This document shows, in pieces, positions 8,858 through 17,405 of a DNA stretch of 64,000 nt (the stretch's first letter is position 1; the number at the start of each line of letters is the position of its first letter). Both the position numbers and the translations under genes were made by a program. Source of the stretch: Candidatus Kryptoniota bacterium. GTDB lineage: Bacteria; Bacteroidota; Ignavibacteria; Kryptoniales; JAKASW01. The stretch lies in NCBI GenBank assembly GCA_049966155.1, contig JBMFVE010000001.1:543831-607830 (forward strand), written 5' to 3'. Under the pieces are notes generated by a model. The model saw only the letters and a list, made by a program, of their open reading frames with translations, searched no databases and had not been told where the DNA came from.

Positions 8858-9271
8858 ATGAAAGCTTACACCGATTATCTGTGGTTCAATACAAAAACCC
8901 GGAAAGAGCTGGTAAACATTACAGATGAAGTTGAAAAAGCCGTCAAGGCAAGCAATGTCCAGGAGGGCCTTTGCCTTGTTAGCGCAATGCACATTACCAG
9001 CGGTATCTGGGTAAACGACGAAGAATCCGGGCTCAAGCAAGATTTAATGGAGTGGCTGGAAACCATAGCACCGTTTAAGCCAGAGTATAGACACCACAGA
9101 ACCGGCGAAGATAATGCCGATGCACATCTGAAAAGAACACTTCTTCATCATCAGGTTGTCTTACCAATTACCAAAGGCCGACTTGACCTTGGACCCTGGG
9201 AACAAATCTTTTATGCGGAATTTGACGGGCAAAGGAGAAAGAGAGTCGTCATAAAGATTATTGGCGAATAA
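8858..9271 (+). CDS. yjbQ: YjbQ/UPF0047 family protein (secondary thiamine-phosphate synthase enzyme)
   Basis: The family pattern is present: [21 protein letters not shown]...[39 protein letters not shown] prefer ATG 8858 (MKAYTDY), which is preceded by GGAAGGAGAAG, over the track start at 8834. Confidence 0.85.
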   Translation: MKAYTDYLWFNTKTRKELVNITDEVEKAVKASNVQEGLCLVSAMHITSGIWVNDEESGLKQDLMEWLETIAPFKPEYRHHRTGEDNADAHLKRTLLHHQVVLPITKGRLDLGPWEQIFYAEFDGQRRKRVVIKIIGE

Positions 9272-9288
9272 ATCAGAACGGGTTCAGA

Positions 9289-9618
9289 TTATTCACCATC
9301 CAGAAAGCGCTCAATCCTGCCAACAAGCGCACTTTTCGGGAGGGCTCCAACAATTTGATCTACCACCCTGCCCTCCTTGAACAACATGAGAGTCGGAATA
9401 CTCATAATATTATACGCATTTGCAATTTCCCTGTTTACATCCACATCGACTTTTGCCACCTTTAATTTCCCTGGATATTCCTGAGCAATCTGCTCGACAA
9501 TTGGCGATATCATCTTACAGGGCGCACACCAATTTGCCCAGAAGTCGACAAGAACAGGAATACTGCTTTTTAAGACCTCCTTTTGAAAATTAAAGCTATT
9601 AACCACAACTGGTTTCAT
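9289..9618 (-). CDS. trxA: Thioredoxin
   Basis: 109 aa with a thioredoxin fold pattern. The active site is WCAPC, a variant of the canonical WCGPC. Confidence 0.9.
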   Translation of the reverse strand: MKPVVVNSFNFQKEVLKSSIPVLVDFWANWCAPCKMISPIVEQIAQEYPGKLKVAKVDVDVNREIANAYNIMSIPTLMLFKEGRVVDQIVGALPKSALVGRIERFLDGE

Positions 9619-9649
9619 AAGACAATTATCCTTTTTTACTTAAAAGTTC

Positions 9650-12600
9650 TCAGAAAGCTATCTTAATATTTTCATGACCAAATATCTTGTAAAGCTCATT
9701 CATGATCTTACTGTCGGGATTTACAGAATAAATCCTTGAACGAAAGATTTTCTGCCCTTTAAAATCTCCCGTCAACCTAAAATAAATCGGACAGTCCCCA
9801 GGAGAGGATGAAGTTAGCACACTTTTGAGAGAAGAAAGAAGCTCCTTAGATTGCTCGGATGTTTTAATGGAGATGGTTATGCTCCTTGTAAATTTGGCAG
9901 AAATCGTATCAATTGGATAAGCCTCACCTGCAAATATTCTTACCGAATCGCCGTTTGACTCAGCTCTTCCACTGACAAAAATAATCGAATCGGGGAAAAG
10001 TATACTCTGATATTTCGAAAAAGCATCAGCAAAGAAAAGCACCTCCCCTTTGCCTGTAAAATCCTCCATTTGAACAAACGCCATCACTTTTCCCTTTCTG
10101 TCTATCTTTTTACGAACAGCTAAAATGACCCCGGCAGCACGTGCTACAGTTACATCCTGTATAGAAGAAGCGTCCCCTAACCTGACGTTTGTAAAAGCGT
10201 TGTACTCGCTCTCGTACTTCAAAAGAGGATGTCCCGAAACATAAACACCGAGAAACTCCTTCTCCCGGTTGAGTTTTTCACCCTGAGTCCAGTCGGTCAC
10301 CTCCTGGAGTTTTGGATAGGTTACAAACGTATCCTGACCACCTGAAAGCATATCAAATAATGAGGATTGTGAGCTGACCCTGCGGTTCTGCTCCAACTGC
10401 CCGAATTGCATGATTTTTTCAGAACTGTTAAATAGCTGTGCACGAGAATAGCCAAGTGAATCAAAAGCACCCGCCTGGATCAAACTCTCCAGCGCACGCT
10501 TGTTTACCAATTTCAAATCTATCCTGCTGACAAAATCAAAAATGTTTTCAAATTTTCCAGCTTCATCCCGAACACGCACAATCTCAGCTGCAGCACCTGT
10601 CCCGACATTTTTCACAGCTGAAAGTCCAAATCGAAGCTTTCCTCCCTGTACAGAAAAGTTAACCTGACTCTCGTTCACATCAGGCCCCAGCACAGGAATC
10701 CCTAGTTTCCTGCATTCATCAAGAAAGAGAGCCATCTTATCAAGATTTCCAATCTCACTGGCAAGGGTTGCAGCCATAAATTCAGCAGGGTAGTAAACCT
10801 TTAAATATGCAGTTTGGTACGCAAGAATTGAATATGCCACACTGTGAGATTTATTGAAACCGTAAGAGGCAAATTTATCGATCAGATCAAAAATCTCTGC
10901 GGCAAGTTTGCGGTCAATGCCGTTCCTTTCTGCTCCATCCATAAAAAGTTTCTTTTGCTCAGCCATCAGCACTTTATCTTTCTTTCCCATTGCACGGCGC
11001 ATCATGTCGGCCTGAGCAAGAGTAAAGCCAGCAATTTCGCTTGCTATTTGCATTACTTGTTCCTGATAAACTATCACCCCGTAAGTTGACTGCAAAATTG
11101 GTTCCATTTTCGGATGGAGGTATTCTATAGGTTTACGTCCAACCTTGCGGTCTATAAAATCATCTATCATCTCCATTGGGCCAGGGCGATATAGTGCGTT
11201 CATTGCAACCAGATCGTCAATTGACGTCGGCTTTAGCTTCTTCAGGTACTCCTGCATTTTTGAGCTTTCAAATTGGAAAACAGCAACAGTTTGTCCACTG
11301 GCGAAAAGGTCGAAAACTTTCGGATCGTTGAGCGGGATTGAGTCTATATCAATCTTTGTTCCATGATTCTCTTCAATCTTGCTTAAGGTATCGTCAATTA
11401 CAGTCAGTGTGCGCAAACCAAGAAAATCCATCTTAAGTAATCCAATTTCTTCCAGACTCTTGTACTCATACTGAGTAATTATTTCGGTAGACGGCGTTTT
11501 ATACAACGGAACAAAATTCATGATATCGTCGGGGGCAATTACAACGCCTGCCGCATGAGTACCAACATTCCTGTTCGTTCCTTCCAGAACCAGGGAATAT
11601 TCTATCAACTGCTTTATCTTTGGATCGTTGCTCTCCTTCACCCACCGTAGCTCCGGGATGGTATCAATAGCTTCCTGTAGCGGAGTTACTCTTCCGAGAA
11701 TTACAGGTATTTGCTTTGTTATGGAATCTATGGTTGAAAGGGGAATTCCAAGAACCCTCCCCACATCTTTTAAAACTGCTCGGGATGAGAGTGTACCAAA
11801 GGTAATAATTTGACAAACTGATTCCTCTCCATATTTCTTCTTAACATATTCAATTGCGAGATCTCTTTTGTTATCAGCAAAGTCAACATCTATGTCAGGC
11901 ATCGACACTCGATCCGGATTTAGAAACCGTTCAAATAAAAGGCCGTACTTGAGCGGATCCACATTTGTTATCCCCAAAGCATATGACACAATACTTCCAG
12001 CAGCACTTCCCCTCCCCGGTCCCACCCTCACCCCCATACTCCGAGCATTGTTGATGAAATCCTGGACTACAAGAAAATATGCGGCAAATCCCATTTTTTT
12101 AATTATCTCGACTTCATGATTGAACCGATGTTCAATTTCAGGGGTTATCTGAGTATAGCGTTTCTCAAGTCCTGTCCGGGCAAGTTTCTCAAAATACTCC
12201 TCAGGGGTTGAAACTTCTGAATCCACAGGGATTGGAAATCGAGGCATTAAATCTTTCTTAAATTCTAAATTCAAATTGCATTTCTCCGCAACCTCAACCG
12301 TATTCTCAAGAGCTCGAATTCCAAATTCCAGAGAGGAGAAGGCTTTTTCCATTTCTTCAGTACTTTTGAAATAAAACTCCGGAACTTTATAGCGCAAATC
12401 CCTAATTGGGTCTTTTGTACTGTTTGATGACTGTGATATATTCAAAAGGATATTGTGCGGCACAGCATGTTCCCTGCTAATATAGTGTCCATCGTTCACC
12501 GCTACCATCTTTGCACCGATCTCACGGGCAATTCTTGGCATTCTCTCAAGAACCCTTTTTTCCTCATCAAGGCCATGATTATGAACCTCGAGGTAAAAGT

Positions 12601-13090
12601 CTTCGCCAAACAGTTCTTTCAAATATTTCGCCCATCTCAGTGCGCCATCATAATCTCCGTTCACGAGGTTTTCAGAGACAGGACCACTTAAGCAGCCGCT
12701 TAATACAACAAGGCCTTCCCTGTGTCTTTCAAGCAACTCGGCGTCGATCCTCGGCTTGTAATAGTACCCCTCCAAATGTGCCAATGAAACCAGCTTGATG
12801 AGATTCAAATAGCCGGAATAATTCTTAACCAGAACCGTAAGATGATAATAGCCGTTCTTCTCGAATCGCTTTCCCTTTGCAAGATATACTTCACAACCAA
12901 TGATAGGTTTTATACCTGCTCTTTTAGCGGTCTTATAAAATTCAACCGCACCAAAAAGGACTCCGTGATCTGTTAACGCAACAGCAGGCATGCCGTAGTC
13001 AACTGTCTTTTTTATTATGTCTTCTATGTGTGAAGCACCATCAAGCATACTGTAATGCGAATGATTGTGAAGATGAACAAACTGAAGCAT
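9650..13090 (-). CDS. dnaE: DNA polymerase III alpha subunit
   Basis: 1146 aa. N-terminal PHP domain (HLHNHSHYSMLDG), polymerase core (PDIDVDF) and a C-terminal OB region. Confidence 0.95.
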   Translation of the reverse strand: MLQFVHLHNHSHYSMLDGASHIEDIIKKTVDYGMPAVALTDHGVLFGAVEFYKTAKRAGIKPIIGCEVYLAKGKRFEKNGYYHLTVLVKNYSGYLNLIKLVSLAHLEGYYYKPRIDAELLERHREGLVVLSGCLSGPVSENLVNGDYDGALRWAKYLKELFGEDFYLEVHNHGLDEEKRVLERMPRIAREIGAKMVAVNDGHYISREHAVPHNILLNISQSSNSTKDPIRDLRYKVPEFYFKSTEEMEKAFSSLEFGIRALENTVEVAEKCNLNLEFKKDLMPRFPIPVDSEVSTPEEYFEKLARTGLEKRYTQITPEIEHRFNHEVEIIKKMGFAAYFLVVQDFINNARSMGVRVGPGRGSAAGSIVSYALGITNVDPLKYGLLFERFLNPDRVSMPDIDVDFADNKRDLAIEYVKKKYGEESVCQIITFGTLSSRAVLKDVGRVLGIPLSTIDSITKQIPVILGRVTPLQEAIDTIPELRWVKESNDPKIKQLIEYSLVLEGTNRNVGTHAAGVVIAPDDIMNFVPLYKTPSTEIITQYEYKSLEEIGLLKMDFLGLRTLTVIDDTLSKIEENHGTKIDIDSIPLNDPKVFDLFASGQTVAVFQFESSKMQEYLKKLKPTSIDDLVAMNALYRPGPMEMIDDFIDRKVGRKPIEYLHPKMEPILQSTYGVIVYQEQVMQIASEIAGFTLAQADMMRRAMGKKDKVLMAEQKKLFMDGAERNGIDRKLAAEIFDLIDKFASYGFNKSHSVAYSILAYQTAYLKVYYPAEFMAATLASEIGNLDKMALFLDECRKLGIPVLGPDVNESQVNFSVQGGKLRFGLSAVKNVGTGAAAEIVRVRDEAGKFENIFDFVSRIDLKLVNKRALESLIQAGAFDSLGYSRAQLFNSSEKIMQFGQLEQNRRVSSQSSLFDMLSGGQDTFVTYPKLQEVTDWTQGEKLNREKEFLGVYVSGHPLLKYESEYNAFTNVRLGDASSIQDVTVARAAGVILAVRKKIDRKGKVMAFVQMEDFTGKGEVLFFADAFSKYQSILFPDSIIFVSGRAESNGDSVRIFAGEAYPIDTISAKFTRSITISIKTSEQSKELLSSLKSVLTSSSPGDCPIYFRLTGDFKGQKIFRSRIYSVNPDSKIMNELYKIFGHENIKIAF

Positions 13091-13091
13091 A

Positions 13092-13799
13092 TCAAAAACT
13101 CTCCACCGGATATAGTATCAAAGTTGTTACCGTATAATTGGCGAAAAGGTCCCTGTAATATAACTGGATGTTATCCATCGGGCTATAAATTTCTATTGAG
13201 TGCCACTCCGCTGATAGTGGAATATACGGCTGAACTGGATTTATACGAGCGTTATCAATTCTAAATTCTGGTGGACCACTACATCCGTAGCAGCCAATGG
13301 TTAAAATAGGTGTAAAAGAATTATAAATACTTTTGCTTTTTTCAACTTTAAAAAATGGCTTGTAGTTGACATATACACCTGTCTTTAAAAATTGAATGTA
13401 GATATCACCACCTCTCTTCAAATAAATTGGCATACCGCGCACCCACATTTCATTCCCAACGATATCGGCATAGTACCATCCAGTACTTATATTTCTTGCC
13501 AGGAACATCTTTTCTCCTGATGATGAATGAATTTGATTTGAACCATTTACATCAAACACAAAATCTGTTTCAGAATCTATATTAATTAAAATCGACATTG
13601 TATCGGGGGTTGCCAAAGCTGTATTTATTTCTGCAGGAAATATGTGCACACTAGCGGTTGGTTGAAGCGTTGAACAGGAGGCCAAAACGAGAGCCATAAT
13701 TATCCCCCATATAATGCCAAGGAGCTTCGATGCGATATTAATAAGGAAAATACTGGTTGACATGACGCCTTTAAGCCCGCTCATAACAATTTCCGTCAC
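13092..13799 (-). CDS. Hypothetical lipoprotein
   Basis: 235 aa in the longest ORF. The hydrophobic N-terminus ends in the lipobox-like LVLASC. I recognise no domain. Its stop lies 1 nt from the dnaE ATG and its start overlaps the ALDH stop. The true start may be the internal M at 13763. Confidence 0.6.
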   Translation of the reverse strand: MTEIVMSGLKGVMSTSIFLINIASKLLGIIWGIIMALVLASCSTLQPTASVHIFPAEINTALATPDTMSILINIDSETDFVFDVNGSNQIHSSSGEKMFLARNISTGWYYADIVGNEMWVRGMPIYLKRGGDIYIQFLKTGVYVNYKPFFKVEKSKSIYNSFTPILTIGCYGCSGPPEFRIDNARINPVQPYIPLSAEWHSIEIYSPMDNIQLYYRDLFANYTVTTLILYPVESF

Positions 13800-15217
13800 C
13801 TGGAATAGTTCACCACGAGCAGACGCTGCTCCGTCATCTCTTGAACCGCATAACGAACACCTTCCCTACCAAAGCCAGAATCCTTTATCCCACCATAAGG
13901 CATGTTATCTATGCGGTATGTCGGATAATCATTCATAATCACACCTCCAACTTGAATTTCTTCAAAAGCTTTGAAAATTTTCCTGGCGTCGTTGGTGAAC
14001 ACACCGGCTTGCAGACCAAATCGAGAATCGTTAACCAGCCCTATTGCATCGTCAAAAGATGAATAAGGCTGAAGTATGGCGACCGGTGCAAAAGCCTCTT
14101 CACAATATAACTCTGATTCAACAGAAACATTTTCCAGAACTGTCGGTTCTATAATATTTTCTTCACGTTTGCCGCCAATCAAAATTTTTGCTCCTGCCCT
14201 CCTTGCATTCTCGATCCAGTCAGATGCCCGATCAGCCTCAGCTTTGCTTATCATGGGGCCAACCACGGTATCTTCTTCAAGAGGGTTGCCAACTTTCAAA
14301 CTAGCTGTTTCATTTATGAATAAATCACGAAACTGCCCGTAGATATCTTTATGCACATATATTCGTTGAACCGAAATGCATATTTGGCCCGCATTCGAAA
14401 AAGCACCCATGGCGAGACGCTTGGCAGCAAAACCAAGATCAGCATCGGGTTCTACAATCACAGCAGCATTCCCTCCGAGCTCCAGAAGAACTTTTTTCTT
14501 CCCCGCCTTTGACTTTAGATACCATCCCACGCGAGGACTCCCCGTGAAGCTCAGCATTTTAGGCCTTGAATCCGTGCATATCCTTTCAGCTATGAGGTTA
14601 TTGCATGGAACTATATTGACAGCCCCATCCGGCACACCAGCTTCAAGAAGCATTTTCCCCAGCCGTAAGGAGGTAAGTGGCGTTTGAGGTGGTGGTTTGT
14701 GAATTACGCTGTTACCCGCTGCAATTGCTGGTGCAATTTTGTGAGCGACAAGATTCAAAGGAAAATTAAAAGGCGTTATACTCACCAGAGGGCCGATTGG
14801 AAATCTTCTCACAACTCCCCATCGGCCTGCCGAATGTGGTGCGAGGTCTAAAGGGATTACTTCACCACCTATCCTCTTTGCCTCTTCCGCGGCGATCTGA
14901 AACGTCAGGATTGCGCGCTCAACTTCCCCCTTTGTAAATTGAATTGGTTTTCCGGACTCAAGTGTCATTAATTCGGCCAGGCTGTCTTTGTCACGAAGAA
15001 GCCGATCGGCTATGTTCGACAAAATTTCTGCGCGTTTATATGATGGCATGGTCCTTACAGATTCGAATGCCGACATACTTGACTCAATTGCCAGTTCAGC
15101 TTCATCCTCACCAGCCTGAAACACTTTAGCAACTACCGTACCGTTGTAAGGATTCACAACCGTTGAGACTTCTTTTGTCTCAATCCATTTGCCATTGATC
15201 AAAATTTTTTCTGCCAT
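13796..15217 (-). CDS. NAD(P)-dependent aldehyde dehydrogenase
   Basis: 473 aa. ALDH motifs are the catalytic Glu context LELGGNA and the catalytic Cys context GQICISVQR, plus FTGSPRVG. The substrate is not assignable from sequence. Confidence 0.85.
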   Translation of the reverse strand: MAEKILINGKWIETKEVSTVVNPYNGTVVAKVFQAGEDEAELAIESSMSAFESVRTMPSYKRAEILSNIADRLLRDKDSLAELMTLESGKPIQFTKGEVERAILTFQIAAEEAKRIGGEVIPLDLAPHSAGRWGVVRRFPIGPLVSITPFNFPLNLVAHKIAPAIAAGNSVIHKPPPQTPLTSLRLGKMLLEAGVPDGAVNIVPCNNLIAERICTDSRPKMLSFTGSPRVGWYLKSKAGKKKVLLELGGNAAVIVEPDADLGFAAKRLAMGAFSNAGQICISVQRIYVHKDIYGQFRDLFINETASLKVGNPLEEDTVVGPMISKAEADRASDWIENARRAGAKILIGGKREENIIEPTVLENVSVESELYCEEAFAPVAILQPYSSFDDAIGLVNDSRFGLQAGVFTNDARKIFKAFEEIQVGGVIMNDYPTYRIDNMPYGGIKDSGFGREGVRYAVQEMTEQRLLVVNYSR

Positions 15218-15305
15218 TTTAATCTATCCTTTCGTTATGAATAAGATCCAGAATAATGAACAGACAGACTAGCCCTGAAGTTAAATTGAAAAAAGTTAAT
15301 CGCCC

Positions 15306-15334
15306 TTGAAAAATTCCTCACTTTTTTGAGGGAC
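15306..15334 (-). terminator. Possible weak terminator downstream of proS
   Basis: The minus strand reads TCCCTCA-AAAAAG-TGAGGA followed by ATTTTTC. The stem is short and imperfect. Confidence 0.35.
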
Positions 15335-15345
15335 AACAAATTTCA

Positions 15346-17037
15346 TCATCTAAAACGATGAGACATCTTCTCATTAACATTGTTTAGGTCAATTAGCATC
15401 CTTTCTCCGCTCGATCTTTCTTTTAACTCTACCTTTCCTTCGTTTAAGTTCCTTTCACTCACAATCAACTGGATGGGAATCCCGATTAAATCAGCATCCT
15501 TAAACTTAAACCCTGGGCTTAGCCCGATACGATCGTCAAAGAGAACATCTATCTCCAACTTTTTCAAATCACTGTAAATTTTCTCTGCTATTTCATTGAC
15601 GTGTTGATTCTCGGTATTCACAGATATTAAATGGACTTGAAATGGAGCAATGCTGCTCTCCCAAATAATGCCGTTATCGTCATGATGTTGCTCAATATGA
15701 CACGCTATTATACGCTCTATACCGATCCCGTAGCTTCCCATAACAATTGGACTTTCTTCACCTTTTTCATCAAGGTAAACTGCATGTAACGACTCAGAGT
15801 ATTTTGTTCCGAGTTTAAATATGTGACCTATCTCAATTGCGTTAACTATCCTCATACTATGTCCGCAGTGTGGACATGGCTCACCATTTTCCACAGTCCT
15901 CAAATCATAATAACCGTCTATCTTTACGTCTCGCAGAAAGTCAATGTGGGCAATGTGGTAATCGTCCCTGTTAGCTCCACTTATCAATTCATTAGCATCT
16001 TCCAGCCGTTTGTCTGCAATAATCTTGAACCCCGTCAGGCCAATCGGACCAATAGACCCTGCGTTAGCACCGGTGTACCCGGACAGCTCGTCTAAATTCA
16101 TCGGCACTGGTTGACCACCAAGGATTGTAGTGAGCTTTGATTCATTTAGCCGGTCATTACCCGACATTAAAACAAGTACCGGCATATCACCTACTTTGTA
16201 AACCAAAGATTTCGCCAGCCTATCTACAGATGTACCCAAGAATTCGGCAAGCTGGTCAATAGTCTTGATATTTGGAGTGTAAATTTCCTCGAGTTCCTTT
16301 GACACAGGAATCCTACCAATAGGTGAAATTGCACTTGAGGCAACCTCCACATTGGCAGCATACCCACAGATGTCGCACACTGCACAGGTATCCTCCCCAT
16401 CCGGCGATTCCACCATAAATTCCTGGGAACCCGTCCCCCCCATTGCCCCACTTGCAGCACCAACAATGAAAAATTTCAGTCCGCTTTTTTCAAAAATTCT
16501 CCTGTACGCCCCAAGATGCTTTTCATAACTCCTGTCCAGGTCACTATAAGTTTTGTCAAAACTGTATGAATCCTTCATAAAAAACTGTCGGCCCCTGATA
16601 ACCCCTGAACGAGGACGAGGCTCATTTCTAAACTTCGTCTGAATTTGATACCAAATTTGAGGTAAATCGCGGTATGACCTGATGTGATCCTTAGCAATTG
16701 AAGTGAAAACCTCTTCATGTGTTGGTGCAAGGACAAGCGGACGATTTCTGACATGAAACATCGTATCACCAAATGCCGCCACCCTGTTTGTGGACTCCCA
16801 GAGCTCTACAGGATTTAAAGCAGGCAGGTAAAACTCCTGCGCACCAATGGCATCCATCTCCTCCCGCACTATGTCCATAACTTTTCTCATTACTCGCCAT
16901 CCTATTGGAAGCCAGGAGTATATACCTGCTCCTAAAGGTCTAATCATTCCAGCTCGAATCATCAAACGATGACTGGCCATTATGGCATCAGAAGGATTTT
17001 CCTTTAACGTCGGAATAAAATAATTGCTCAGTTTCAT
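15346..17037 (-). CDS. proS: Proline--tRNA ligase (bacterial type with editing insertion)
   Basis: The class II aaRS ProRS pattern is present throughout. The canonical N-terminus MKLSNYFIPTLKE begins at ATG 17037. The track start at 17061 adds 8 aa. Confidence 0.92.
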   Translation of the reverse strand: MKLSNYFIPTLKENPSDAIMASHRLMIRAGMIRPLGAGIYSWLPIGWRVMRKVMDIVREEMDAIGAQEFYLPALNPVELWESTNRVAAFGDTMFHVRNRPLVLAPTHEEVFTSIAKDHIRSYRDLPQIWYQIQTKFRNEPRPRSGVIRGRQFFMKDSYSFDKTYSDLDRSYEKHLGAYRRIFEKSGLKFFIVGAASGAMGGTGSQEFMVESPDGEDTCAVCDICGYAANVEVASSAISPIGRIPVSKELEEIYTPNIKTIDQLAEFLGTSVDRLAKSLVYKVGDMPVLVLMSGNDRLNESKLTTILGGQPVPMNLDELSGYTGANAGSIGPIGLTGFKIIADKRLEDANELISGANRDDYHIAHIDFLRDVKIDGYYDLRTVENGEPCPHCGHSMRIVNAIEIGHIFKLGTKYSESLHAVYLDEKGEESPIVMGSYGIGIERIIACHIEQHHDDNGIIWESSIAPFQVHLISVNTENQHVNEIAEKIYSDLKKLEIDVLFDDRIGLSPGFKFKDADLIGIPIQLIVSERNLNEGKVELKERSSGERMLIDLNNVNEKMSHRFR

Positions 17038-17110
17038 TACTATTTCTCCGCAACAAAACATAAAGGGGAAAAATTTTTCCCTCGAAATTATGGATTAATA
17101 AACATGGAAC

Positions 17111-17188
17111 TGGTGCCCCTGGCAGGACTCGAACCTGCGACACAGAGTTTAGGAAACTCCTGCTCTATCCATACTGAGCTACAGGGGC
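17111..17188 (-). tRNA. tRNA-Arg (anticodon CCT)
   Basis: I folded the cloverleaf by hand. Acceptor stem GCCCCTG/CAGGGGC, D stem GCTC/GAGC, anticodon stem GGAGT/ACTCT with loop TTCCTAA, and T arm GCAGG-TTCGAGT-CCTGC. The CCA is encoded. Length 78 nt. Confidence 0.9.
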
Positions 17189-17405
17189 AAAAGTCCAACA
17201 ACAATTTATTCTTTGCCTGAAAGATTTTCAATTCGCCAAGACAAATTATTTTCGTCCGGTTGATCATTGAAAGAGATTAAAGGCTTCTTTTTAAATAAGA
17301 CCATCTTTTACCTGTTTCTGTTAAAACTTATATCTTCCTTGTTTTTTTTCACTGTTGGAAATAAATTCGTCGGTATATCTGAGAAAAAGATCAGGCGGGA
17401 ACAAC

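Noticed and set aside
17355-17405. N-terminal extensions in the ORF track, mostly TTG-initiated (also 8834, 17061, 25070, 37402, 39048, 54408, 54907, 56402, 60677)
   Set aside because: Downstream starts (ATG, or an in-frame TTG for accC) reproduce canonical N-termini and have SD-like motifs. The extensions overlap upstream genes or add non-homologous residues.
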